A DNA stretch of 63,165 nt, counting the filler, from Syncephalis fuscata S228 (Eukaryota > Fungi > Zoopagomycota): NCBI GenBank assembly GCA_025786725.1. It is 6 parts of 6 records of this genome, joined end to end, with 100 filler letters (N's around TTAATTAATTAA, not from the genome) between each part and the next. Parts side by side here need not be neighbours in the genome. Positions count along the whole stretch, not along the records: positions 32,288 to 46,201 come from JAHLTZ010000239.1; positions 46,302 to 59,154 come from JAHLTZ010000258.1; 4 more parts are not named here. One strand, written 5' to 3'. Under the pieces are notes generated by a model. The model had not been told where the DNA came from. It made no database searches and saw only the letters and a program-made list of their open reading frames with translations. Shown piece by piece: positions 39,655-52,600 of this stretch. A program made the position numbers and the translations under genes. Position 1 is the first letter of the stretch, and each line of letters begins with the position of its first letter.

Positions 39655-40844
39655 ATGATTTTTGATTTCAAATCCACCTTTACTGCTGCCGCTGGCGCCT
39701 TGATAATAGTATCGATTGGCTATAGCGTTGATGCACGTCCAGAAACAAGTGATGACGGTCAGTATTCTGCTGATCTATTCCTAAGAGTTTATGCTAACTT
39801 CATCCTAGTAAAAAGGTTTTATGGCTATCCGCTAACCTCGGGCAATCCGTTTTCTAAGAATGATCTAAAAATTCAAAAGATTTTTGAACCAGTTGACACC
39901 AGTAATTCGGCTGTAGCATTGTTTAGAGGAAAGACATCTATTGTAACTTGTATTCCCAAAAACGAGCCAGTTGATTCTCTTTACCAAGTACGCTACGCAT
40001 AATAGCAATTTAATGCTGCCTAATGCTAATTGGTCTGATAGAAACTGCTAGGAAGAAGAATCAAAGATGAAGCAAATAATATTATAGAACAAGGACCTAC
40101 TTATAGTTTTGATCTTTACGAAAAATCAGCAACTTGTTACGTCACACCATATCGCTGTGATAAGCCCATTAAGGCTTATGGACAAGAGTTGGCAAAGAAA
40201 TATGGTTCTGCAGCCCAATGGAACGACTATGCTCAATTCAAGGAATCTAAAAAACAATTTTCAGAAACTCGTTTTTTAGATGAAGAGAACATTAATGCTA
40301 AGGGAGCAGCTATAATTAAAAAAATTAAGAATCGTAAGCAACTGTACCATTATACTAAAAATAAAAAGCTAATAGCTATACTAGTTATACTTGCTACGCG
40401 AAAATTGGGCTGGAACGTCAATGATAACCTTGAAGGTAAGTAAAGTATGCTAGTATGTAATCCGTAATGTTAATATGTTTTTTAGATGTCTGTATCAATG
40501 GTAATGGGGAAGTTATATCATTAGTAAAATACGACAAAGCTTACACGCTAGCCTTTGGCGGAATGAGGCCAAATCAAATAGAAGGCGTGGCCTGGCGTAC
40601 AAACGAGCTTACTATAAACATTATGAGCACATTCGCTGTACCTAAGGTTCAACCTTTTATTAAGATTTGTATAAAGGATCCCGCTGGCTATCCTAATGCG
40701 TGGAAAAGCGAAAAAACTATTTGCAAGTTTGCTAGAGAAATCCTTGTTAAATCGCCAGTCAATTTTGAATCCGAGGCTAGTCATAGTGACAGTTTGCCGC
40801 CAAACTACCATTCGTTGAGTGATCCTCCGCCTTATACTCCATAA
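39655..40844 (+). CDS. Secreted hypothetical protein, possibly a degenerate kinase-like fold; 3 exons
   Basis: Signal peptide ending VDA-RP. Two short GT-AG introns link the three ORF pieces. Confidence 0.6.
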
Positions 40845-42284
40845 TTGTTTGGCTTAATATTTTCTTGACACCTATTAATAAAAATATAATTGTTTGACGT
40901 GCATTTGTATTAATAACTGTAGTAAAACTTGTAGCTGTCTCCCATCAATGATAACAACTATATTTGTTCGCTAGTGATGATAATAATAATGCAGACTGAT
41001 ATAATACTAGTCTCGTTCAACTAAATAATCTAGATAGTTTTTTAGCATTGTTACGATTATAAAATATCACTAGCAATATCAATACGAGTAATTTTTATAA
41101 AGTCTATTCCATTTGCGATAAAACGCCAACCATTGATAATACATTGCATGTAAAACTGTCAGATGTGCAATGATGTTGCACCATGTTGCAGTCACCCAGC
41201 AAGCAAGCAATAGCACCGGATATACAACGATAATAGCAATACAAAATAGTAAATACAGCAATTCTAATATTAGTAGCTTATTAGCAACAGAAAATAGTAT
41301 ATTTGTATTACCGAAAATACCAGTAGTTTAATATTGACTTGATTATCATACCCCACTGATCACAGAATAAGCAGCTATAGTATGTGCAATATTATTCTAG
41401 TTGCTATTTAACTCAATGCTATTTGTGCAAACTATTGAGTAGTCATACTTATTAGAATACAAGTCAGTATAGCACTGTGTCTTAAAGCATTCCTCTAACT
41501 ACATCCAATGTTGTATTAGAAAGTAGTCAACGTGTCAGAATGACTAAATATTAACTAAACTATTTTATTATTCGCTATATACGGCATAATATGTTGATGT
41601 TGAATACTTTTATTTTCCGAATGTAAAAGTCTAACAATTACAAACATATACAATAGTTTATGTGTAGCCTTAATACAATAAGCGGTTCTGACATCAACCC
41701 AGTATTCTGACACATAACTAATGCATACGCAATAAATATACTTGCTACTTTATTTGCTTATTCTATTTTCTGAAAATCAATACCGCAATATTCAATTGCT
41801 ATTTTCTGCTATCTACTTTAATCCCACCTAGTTATATTTGTCTTTCTAATTCAATAGGCTGTCTTTAAGTCATATTGCATATACTGTACCCACCACGACC
41901 TACCGGACTGGTCATAACATCTATAATACTTTATATAAGTATCTATCATTACAATGAGTGCACGCCATATAACTTTAGCATACATGTCAATATATGGCAA
42001 AGTAAACTAATAATTAGTTTATTGATAAATAATTAAAAGTTAATTAATTAATTTAAAAATAAACACTTGCCAATAGTATTTATTATTGTTTACAAGTAAT
42101 TTTATTATGCGCTTAGTGAATATAAAAGCTGGCATTTTTATAACGTAAATAACATCAATACATACTGGAATATATCGTAGCAATAATCAAAGTACAATTA
42201 GCTGTTTTATTTGTACGTCACGTGATTTATGGAATATATATGTAATTTGCGTTTTCCAAGAAGGGAAATATTTTAACCACTTTT

Positions 42285-42356
42285 GCCCCAATAGCCTAAT
42301 GGATATGGCATTCGCCTTCTAAGCGAAAGGTCCGGGTTCGATCCCCGGTTGGGGTA
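42285..42356 (+). tRNA. tRNA-Arg(TCT)
   Basis: Acceptor GCCCCAA/TTGGGGT, D arm GCC..GGC, anticodon stem TTCGC/GCGAA with loop CTTCTAA, and T arm CCGGG TTCGATC CCCGG. Confidence 0.95.
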
Positions 42357-42981
42357 CTCTAACCGTTTTGCTGCGTTTTTGTATATTTTTGCTGCTGCGT
42401 AAACAAGCGCTGTTGTTTTTTTGGTCGCGTAAGGCTTGCGTATACATAGATATATAGATATGCAAATATAGGTAGTTTATTAATTATTTGTTGTATTAGT
42501 GTAATAATAATGGCACTGCTTATTATCATTTTATAATTAGTGATTACTATCATCACACATTATTGTCTTTGTTACATGGCACACTGGCTATCAAAACTAA
42601 TCATAGCTGTATTGTTTTGATAAATTCGGCTGTTTTATTGCTACTAATAAACTAGTTTATACCATTATTAAGCTTGGGTGAAAGATAGTGCAAACAGTGT
42701 ACTCAAATACGAGTAATGTAAAATATACAGTGTTTATTACCATGCTAACATATATACTGTAAGTTTTAAGTTATAGTGACATATTAACACAAAACAAATA
42801 CACTAGCTAGTTATTACTTTTATTAAATACACAGTTGCTTAAGCATCAGTAAAACAAATAAACTATAAAGCAGCGATTTAAACTGTATATAATCTACACT
42901 TATTGCATCTATTTTGTGTTTATTTCCAAGTATTATTTGTACTGCAATTTAATTAATGAGCTGTAACAACACTTATGTTTA

Positions 42982-44913
42982 TTAATGCAATACTGGCATG
43001 TTTACATAGCTCTTTTCAGGGACATCTTCATGACGCCACAATGCAGTCACTGTTTTCAGTTGTGTATAGAACTGAATACCACTATAGAATACGTGTTAGT
43101 GCTATGGTCGATTTAATTGAATCATACTATAGCTTACCTGCGACCATAAAAGTTAATATCGCCTCTAATGGAGCCACGTGAGCCGGTAAAGGAGAACATT
43201 GGCAATGGTACCGGCTATTCATCTTGTTAGTAATAGTATGCATATTGTGCATCTATCTACTTACAATAGGTACATTAACGCCAACCTGGCCTACATCGAC
43301 TTGCATTTGGAACTTGCGTGCAGCAGCACCGTTGGTAGTGAAGATGGCAGTGCCGTTGCCGTATTCGTTGCGATTAATAAGATCTAGCGCTTCATCAAGT
43401 GTATCGACGCTGACACATACTAACACTGGACCAAAGATTTCTTCGCGATAGCAGCGCATATTCTCCTTAACACCGGTAATGATAGTTGGTCCTACAAAAT
43501 TGCCTTTGTCGTATGGTGCTGGCATTTTGATCGATCGACCATCCAACAGGACTTCTGCACCTTCTTCTGTGCTTGAAGCAATGATTGATTCAACACGCGA
43601 CTTGGCCTCGGGTGTAATTAGCGGTCCAAGATCGGCATTTGGATCAAAACCACCTGACACTTTAAGGTTTTTAGCCTTTTCGACTAATTCAGGTAGCCAG
43701 TTTTTGCTATCGCCGACAAAAATGACCGTCGACAATGCCATGCAGCGTTGGCCAGCTGCGCCAAATGCTGCACCCACTAGCTGATTAAGTGTAGCTTCCT
43801 TATTGGCATCTGGTAGAATGACACCATGGTTCTTTGCACCCAAGTTGGCCTGAACTCGCTTGCCGTTCTGTGTGCCGCGATCGTGGATATACTTGCCGAC
43901 ACGGTCGCTACCCACAAAGCTAATGGCTCGAATGGCTGGATCATCACATAAGAAATCAACGGTTGGTTTGCCGCCATGTACAATGTTCAGTACACCTTTA
44001 GGTACACCACACTGAACGGCCAAGTCTGCCAAGATAGCTGTGGCACCTGGATCACGTTCACTAGGCTTAAGCACCATTGTATTACCGCAAGCAATCGACA
44101 AGGGGAACATCCACAATGGAATCATAGCCGGGAAGTTAAATCTATCATTATATAGGTTAGTTTTGTAGTATATACATATAGATGTTCAAATACTTACGGT
44201 GTAATACCAGCTGTCACGCCTAGTGGTTCACGAATAGTATACGTGTCCATATCGGTTGCCACTGCCATTTGTTCACCTTTCAATTGATCGGTAATGGCAC
44301 AGGCTGATTCGACCACCTCTGTAAATACTAGCTGTTAGAACTGTAATATTAGATAGTAAATTTATTAGACATACGTAATCCACGTAAAACATCTCCTTTC
44401 GCATCACCAAACGTCTTTCCTTGTTCGGTGGTAATTGACTTTGCTATTTCATCCTAAAATGAATAGTATACCTGTATTAGTTGCTTACTAATTATTAATA
44501 CATTATTAATTACCATATTATCTCGAATGGCCTTTTGCAAGTCAAGCATAATACGCTGACGGCTGAGTACAGAGCTGTTGCGCCATTGCTTAAAGGCCAA
44601 ACTGGCTGCATGGGTAGCTTCTTTAAGCTCCTGCGGTGTTGCTTGTGGTACACGAGTTACTAGCTCTTGGGTGGCTGGATTATGGACATCATACCAAGTA
44701 TCGGTTTGCGACTCAGTCCACTCGCCGTTAATAAGCAGCTTGGTTGTATTGGAGGCTTGCGTAGCTAGTGTGCGGGTCAAGCGTCTAATGAAGTGCAACC
44801 AGACTGATTAGTAGGCGTGTATTATTGCTATTATTGCTATGGCTGTGAACCAATACATACGAGCTTAGACGGGAACGAACTTGACCAACGCGTAGCATAT
44901 TAACCATAGTCAT
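42982..44913 (-). CDS. Methylmalonate-semialdehyde dehydrogenase (ALDH6), mitochondrial; multi-exon
   Basis: [45 protein letters not shown] and [10 protein letters not shown] motifs. Confidence 0.93.
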
Positions 44914-45215
44914 TTTGAAGTACTTGTAGAACACTAGCAGTCAGTATACACACAGAGTAACGCACGTATACAAATACGCAGCAAATGAGAAGAAAGGCGG
45001 AGAAAAGAAGGTAAGGCGTGTGCGTGTGCGTGTGAGTGATATCGATGTGGAGACGACAAGCGTGTCAATTAAACGTTTATGGAAATTAAACACAGGTAAC
45101 CAGTAAAGTCTTTTGTAATTTTCCCACCTTTCCCCACTGGCAATAAACTGCTTTTATGACTATTTTAATGTGCTTAATAATAATAATAATAATAAAAATG
45201 TGCTAAGCTATTGTG

Positions 45216-46201
45216 TCATACATACGAATCATCAATAATCAATGGGACGGATTCATCGGATGGTATAGTGCTTAGTGGTGGCTTTCTTCGTTTCTGTTGT
45301 TGCTTGCCTTTAGACTTTGATCGTGGTGGCATGGTCCGTGATGGCGCGTTCGTATTGATACCATAGCGACCGCCACTTTCCGCGCTCATTAAGCGTCTTG
45401 ATGGTCGTATTGTCAGTACTGGATAGTTGACATCGCCATAGATCATATCTCGGGCCTCGGCATAGGTTTGTTCTGCTTCCACGTCCCAGGTGGCCTCTTG
45501 AAAGCCTAGCATGCCGCTTGCTTCTGGATCCTCCCAGTCTTGCGATGTCGGCATTGCACTTGATGTGTGCTGGCTACTTTCAGCACGATGATGGCCTTGC
45601 ATAGAGTCATCGTATTCGTTAACAATCCAGTATTTGCCACGACCACCATGGCTATAACGAAGGCCGGTATTGATCCGTTTCTGCCAGGAAGCAGCAACAC
45701 CATCGGCTGGCTCAAAGGTGCGGTAGTTGAATTCAGTGCCCGATACAGTAGTTATTGTATCTTGCCACACATCCTTATAGCCAAACGCATCTCTAAGAGC
45801 GTAGAACATAGGCATGCGCCCCGCCAGATCGGATGCAATATAGTCACGATAAGAAAATGCATTCCTGCCATATTAATTTAATATTTAATATTTAATATAT
45901 TAATCAGTGTTAGTGTATAGTAGCAACTTACCAGTGGCCTATAGCAGCTGGTACCATTTCTAAACATATCAGAAAGTCTTGCATAGCCACAGATATGTTA
46001 TCTGCGGTAAATAGCTCGGCTATAGATGTGGTTAATACTAATATTTGCAAAGCTATAGTTTACTTACTATTATGAATAATACCAATCTTTACCAGAAGTG
46101 AAATGCCCACACCTTGCCAGAATGAAAAAAATTGATTGCTTTAATACAAAGAAATTTTGGTACCGCACTGTGTATGTATAATTAGCAATCTATAAAGTGT
46201 C
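45216..46201 (-). CDS. TMEM184/organic solute transporter alpha family protein, 3' part (cut by gap)
   Basis: Exons read DNISVAMQDFLICLEM..AIGHW|NAFSYRDY...ALRDAFGYKD. Confidence 0.8.
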
Positions 46202-46374
46202 NNNNNNNNNNNNNNNNNNNNNNNNNNNNNNNNNNNNNNNNNNNNTTAATTAATTAANNNNNNNNNNNNNNNNNNNNNNNNNNNNNNNNNNNNNNNNNNN
46301 NTTGAAAACCTTTACACTCGCCACTTTACCATTTTTAAGCCACTTAAAGTTATAGACCAAGAATATCATTTACC

Positions 46375-47395
46375 ATGATGCTATTTGAAAACAAGATCGC
46401 TATTCCCGCTGTTGTTGCTGCGCTACTGCTGGTATCGACTATACAGGATGTTGCCGAAGCAGAAAAATTAACAATCCGCAATGAAGAAGGCCAAGTGATA
46501 CAAAATCCCACTGGATGGTATGAAGGTAAGCAATTGTTTATGCTATGTTGCAGTAATATTAATTATCCTATAGATCAACAAGGCAAATCGTTTTTTGGAT
46601 ATAAAGCTGGAAAAGCGGGAGTATTTGGCGACCTTAGCCTTACTGTTGCCAACAAGGGTGCACATACTTTTGCCCATGAGCTCGGTATAGGAGCTGTTGG
46701 CGTATTAGTTAAAACACCTGTTATGATCCATTGTGCTAACGCTGGTGGCCACCAAGACTTTCCTTTTAATGTTTACCAAGTAAGTAGGACAAATTATAGC
46801 AATTTTGTTAAGATACACATCTAATTGAATGATAGAAATGCACGGATATAAAATACCAAAAGCTCCAAAAAGCCAAAGACATTATTGGTTGTCCTATCAA
46901 GCGGTACAATCTTGAAAATAACATTTCCTGTTATGCAACCAAGCCCAGTCGAATCAACGAGAGTCTACTAAATGTCGCTGATAGATATAAAAACCGTCCT
47001 AATCAAGACATGGCTATAAAGGGATTGATTGATCAAATCAAAGCAGGTAAGCAATTAAAATATTCTTAAATGCAAAGCTAATCCAATACACTATAGGAGC
47101 CATTTTCTTAAAAGAGTTGGGATGGTATTACAGGATCAATGAATCAACTGTGGAGCCTATCGATGACAAAAACGTTAGATTCGTCAAATTAGATAACTTG
47201 TTGCCGGTCAAGTCGCGTCTCTCCTTTAAAAGCAATTTATATAAGCAAACCGTCACCCAAATCGATAATGAAACAGAAAAATTTCTTATAAGCTTTTTGC
47301 AACGCTTTAATTTTGATGACGCCAAAATAGCAAATCTTCTTAAAACCGAGTTTAAAGATTTGTTTATTCAAAAATATAAGGGATTATTCTTTTAA
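46375..47395 (+). CDS. Secreted effector-like protein, paralogue of 28413-29519; 3 exons
   Basis: Signal peptide (AVVAALLLVSTIQDVAEA), with motifs and intron positions shared with the 28.4-29.5 kb copy. Confidence 0.7.
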
Positions 47396-49606
47396 TAGCG
47401 CTAATTTAGATCAATAAAGAACAACAGTTTAAATATAGTAGATGTATCAATATTGTTTGGATATCTAATTTGATTGGATTGCATTTTAACTCGTTATGCT
47501 TAAATGGTGACAAAAAGATTTATAACTCAAATAAACCGTCGATCAGTTTTTACTACTGAGAAGTGTGATTTGTTGATACAGTGTCATATTAACCCAATCA
47601 AATCAATCAGTATTAATTAATTAGCACTATTTCAATATCAAAATAAATATTAAATAATATTTCACGTTACTTATAATAAAATATAATAAATAAATGTTAA
47701 TCCATATTATTGTTGCTGTAAAGTATTCAAAGCATTATAATTTGATATTTAATATAACTCACCATCCAGTTCCATGTTTAGCAGAATAACAAATGTGTAG
47801 TTCAATCAAGTAAAGGATATCGATTTTGGTTGTTTGACACTAAATTACATAAGTCTACTTGTTAATTAATATATGGAAGCTATTCTACTTCACTCCCATA
47901 TTTTTTATTTACCCATTTCATACTTTTTTCTTAATACTTTTAAACACCATTAAACATTTATTTGTCGCTATTCCATGTATAAGATTGCATCCAGCATTAA
48001 CTAATTTATGTGTAATTATCAATACAATGCTGTAATTAATTAGTTATCTTTATTATTGCTTTAATATATATATTGTCATTATGCTATAAATTGTTTAAAT
48101 GTCATTTATTTAGTCAGATTGGCTATAAAGAAAGTGGCTGTTCAATAAACGACATTTATAATAATTATATTAATCTTGATCTTACATCACAAATATGCCC
48201 AAAATACAATAGTAGAATATTAGAAAATAGAAGAGACCATTCAGATGCAATAATCCATACTGTATGTAGATGCAACAACAACAAATGCATAATGACATGG
48301 GATTGCAATCATATGACTTCTATTAATATTTGATCAATCTTTCTACGCATAGCCAACAACAACGATAGTCGACCTCGTGAATTTCAAAGTAAGCAAATAA
48401 AAGCATTATGACTATGTTTTTTTTACATAGTAGCATTAACTTCAATTGAAACCAATTTTGCTTCGAGGACTCAAAATATGAGAGTCAAAGTAAAATTGGA
48501 AAGTTTTAAAAAAGTTTTAAATGCTTGATAAGAAAAGTTAATTGTAATAAACGCAACGAATTTTAATTTAAATGCTTATTTATTGAATAAATACAAACTA
48601 CTAATAAAGCAACTATTAAAATAAATAAACAAATAAAGTATAATGCAAACAAAAATAATATATTCAATAAATATTTTTTTAAAATTAAAATTTAACCAAC
48701 AAATAAATTAGATTGCCTTATTTAGAGTGTTTTAGATATCAGATTTAGCAATTAAACAAGTCTGAATTGCATAAAAGTATTATTGTTTCGACCAACTTAA
48801 ATTACTTAGCTAATTATCAAGCAAAAGTAAAGATATGCAAAATAAAGCCGTCAACATAGCATTTGTCGTTGATAAATTAGAACAATCTACTTGCAACATC
48901 CATTCCTAAATGCCACAAAATTCGCTTTAATATTCTAATTTAAAAGAGTCGTGGGACATGGCAAAAGAAGCTTAAAAGGGTGCTGTGACGGATCATTTAA
49001 ACCACTTGATTTGTATTAAATTTTATGATATTTTTATTAACTAAATAAAGATAGCCTTTTCGACAATATTAAGCGCACTATTGGTTGTTTAATGTTATTT
49101 GGCAGTTAACTCTAATAGCCTATGCCTTTTTGCCGTGTTTTATTAGAAAAGCGTCTTTATTTTAATTCAGTATAATATTGTTTGGCTATATGATAATAAT
49201 AGCTATGCTACTATTAATACCAATCTATGCCTATAGCTTACACGATATAATTATACACATTTTGTTATTAATTTAATTATTTGATTAATAGTTGTTATTA
49301 TTGAGTGCAAATAGAACATGATTATAGATATAGCAATTTGATTGTATATAATTAAGATGAAACCATAAGTTTATTATTATAAGCTTGCACAGTTGAATAG
49401 AAACAACTAGATGCAAACATGTTGGTAACATAATGATTCCATTGATTAAAGACTGGATAAACCGGAGCATTGGCCAAAACTTGATATATAAATAGACTGG
49501 ACGGCGTAGTTGTCAAATAATTTTTATTTCCACCAATTATATACCTAAAGTGTATTGGAATAGTGGTTTGATGGCACTACTAATGCTGATGTCTTGAAAC
49601 CATTGA

Positions 49607-52600
49607 TTATTGTTTATCTATAAATAAAAATATTGTCATATGATTAATTTATAAACCATTAATGCATAATGCTACTTACCGCCTATTAGTATTAAGTTAT
49701 TGATATACATGGTGTATAGCATGTGATTAGTACATATTTGGTTAATATACAATACCACTTACAATCTATTAATAATAAGTCATTGATACGCAATAAATAG
49801 TATGTAATTAGTTCATAGTCAGCTAATATACAATACCACTTCAAAGGAAAAAAGAAGAAAAAGACATCAAGAAAAATGACAACCCAGCAGCGTCAGCTTT
49901 ACTCAGAAAAAGTAACAAACAACATTGTGAAAACGATGGAAAGCGAAGCGGAGAAATTAAGAAAGGAAAGAGTATTGAAGCATTGTATCGGGGTACAGAT
50001 GACAAATGTTAACAGAATAGCAGAAGTCGCGCAGGCGATTGTTAAGAAATTAAAAGAAGGAAAAAAAATCAAGTACAGTATTGATAATGCAGCAGGGGAA
50101 TATGTGTTTAGCTTATTCTCTAAACAACAAGTAAACTTGATGGTGAGAGAAGGCTTTTATATTGGAGAAGAGCACATCAAAGTAAGAAGCTATGAAGGGC
50201 CAGCACCAATACCACTGAAAGTGATAGGGGTGGACGCGGCAACAGAGTTGGAGCACGTGGCACAAAAATTAAGAGAAGAATTGGGGCCAAACAGCAAAGT
50301 CTGGGCGATACACAGACTAGAAAAGAGATTCTATGACTGCGTATTAGAGTCTCCAATAGTAGTGTGTAAAGTCGAAGCAGACGAGAAGAAAATACCGACA
50401 AGAATAAGAGTGGGGGCGATGATGCTGAAGATCGGAAGAAGAGACGCGTGCTTCAGGTGCCACATGGTGGGACATATCGCAGTTGACTGTACATCGGGAA
50501 GCTGGCAGCAGAGAAACACAGCACCAGCCAACAATACAGTGACAGCTGAACACGAAAAACAAGAAGAACAGCAAACGCCAGAAGCAACAGATGTGAACGA
50601 AGACGAAGAAAATGAAATGGTGGAGGAAGAAGAAAGAGAAGAAGGAGAGGTAGCAGTAGCAGTAGTAGTAGTAGAAGAAGAAGAACAAGAACAACAAGAA
50701 GAACAAGAGTTACCATTACCAGCAAAGAAGGGAAGACAAAGAAAGACAAGACCAGTAGCAGGAATAAATCTAGCTAGCGGGGTGTGAAAACGCGACGCCA
50801 AACGGAAGAGCTAGAGAAGACAGCGAAGCAGCTAGCCATAGTAGCGGCAGCGGCCAAAAAGCCGGAAGAAGGAGCAGTAGAGACAATGGTGTGTGACATG
50901 GAAGAAGGAATGGCGCTGGAAGATGAGCCAGCAATGGGAGAGAGAGAAGAGGGAGAGGTAGAGGTAGAAGACGGAGAAGACGTAGAGATGACAAGTCAAC
51001 ACCAAACAGAAGAAGACTACAGCAATGAAAACGACATGGAAATGGACGATGCGACGCACACACCAGCTGAACGACTAAAGCAGCTGGGACAACTAAAGCC
51101 AAAAAAGACAACGCAAATGAGTATAAACACGTTTGCAGTCAACAGTCCAACAAGTCAAGCAATGGGGGCAGGGCAGAGTAAGTGGAGTCAGGCAGAAATG
51201 CCCGGCCAGAACTAATAATAGCATAAAGAATAAGAATAAGAAAAGAAAAAGATAAATAACAAGAATAATATGATAAAAAATAATAATAATACAATGAATA
51301 ATAATAAGAAAAATAACAAAAAGAAATTAACTAAAAATAGTATATCAAAAAATAAGATAATTAATAATAATACATTAAAAAAAAAAGAATAGATTAAATA
51401 ATAAGACAAAAAATATTAATATATTTAAAAATAATAAGATAAGAATAACAAAACATTTAAAACATTTAAAAATAATAATAAGACAAAAAATAATAAATAT
51501 AAAAAATGAATAATAATATTAATACATTAAATAATATCAATACATTAAATAGTACTAATAATAATAGACCCAATAATAGATCAAATAACGACTACAGGGA
51601 CACTAGCCAGCTCTTTGTGGGTACAAGTTCTAACTTTTATAGAGAACGGAGGCCAGGACCGGAGAAAATGAGATTTATACACTGGAACGTCACAGGGGCA
51701 ACAACAGGCAGCAAGATGGACCTACTATGGACAGCGTTGAATAAGCTGGACTTAGATTTTATAATACTAACTGAAACGCGTTGGACGGAAAGTATAGAAA
51801 AAGAAATAGCTAACAAAACTGGAATCAAAGGTAGATATATCCTAAAGACGGCAGGTGCGCCAGAAAGGTCAACACAAAGAGGCCACGCAAACTTTTATGG
51901 AGTAGCAATACTGATAAAGGTTGAGTGGGAGAAGCACATACAAGAAGTAGTCACAGTAAACAACAGAATGATTGGCATACGACTGGCATTCCGGGAAAGG
52001 GGACTGCTGGTAGTCGGGCTTCTGTACCCAACAAACAAGGGAAGAAGCAATCCGAGTGCAGCCAATCGCATGCTGACCGAGTTGAAGAAATGGGTGGATC
52101 AAGCGCGCCAGAAAAGAGCAGAAGTAGTGATAGGAGGCGACTTCAACGCCGTCCCACAGCCATGGCTGGACCGACAAGGGTACACAGATACAAGAGCAGA
52201 GTCAAGTATGCTGGAGTATCTGATGGCAACAAGAAGTATGGTCGATGTCTGGAGAAGACAGTACCCAGACATATACAAGTACACAAACACTATGCAACGA
52301 GAGAACGGAGTAGCGCGCGCCAGGCTAGACTTATTCCTGACAACAGATACGCTAGCGGATATGGTATCAGGGGTAGGAATAGAAGACGAAGAGGGGAGCG
52401 GAACGACGGGACAGCAAATAAACCAAGGAATATATAGCACACATCAACCGATAGTGTTGGAGCTGACCACGTCAATAATATTCCAGCGGGCAGGTGACAG
52501 GCTATGCCAACAACTGCCGCGCAAAATATTAAACAGACGAAAGGCTACAGAAGTGGATTGGATGAATTACACCTCAGCAACAGCTATAGGTTGGAATAGA

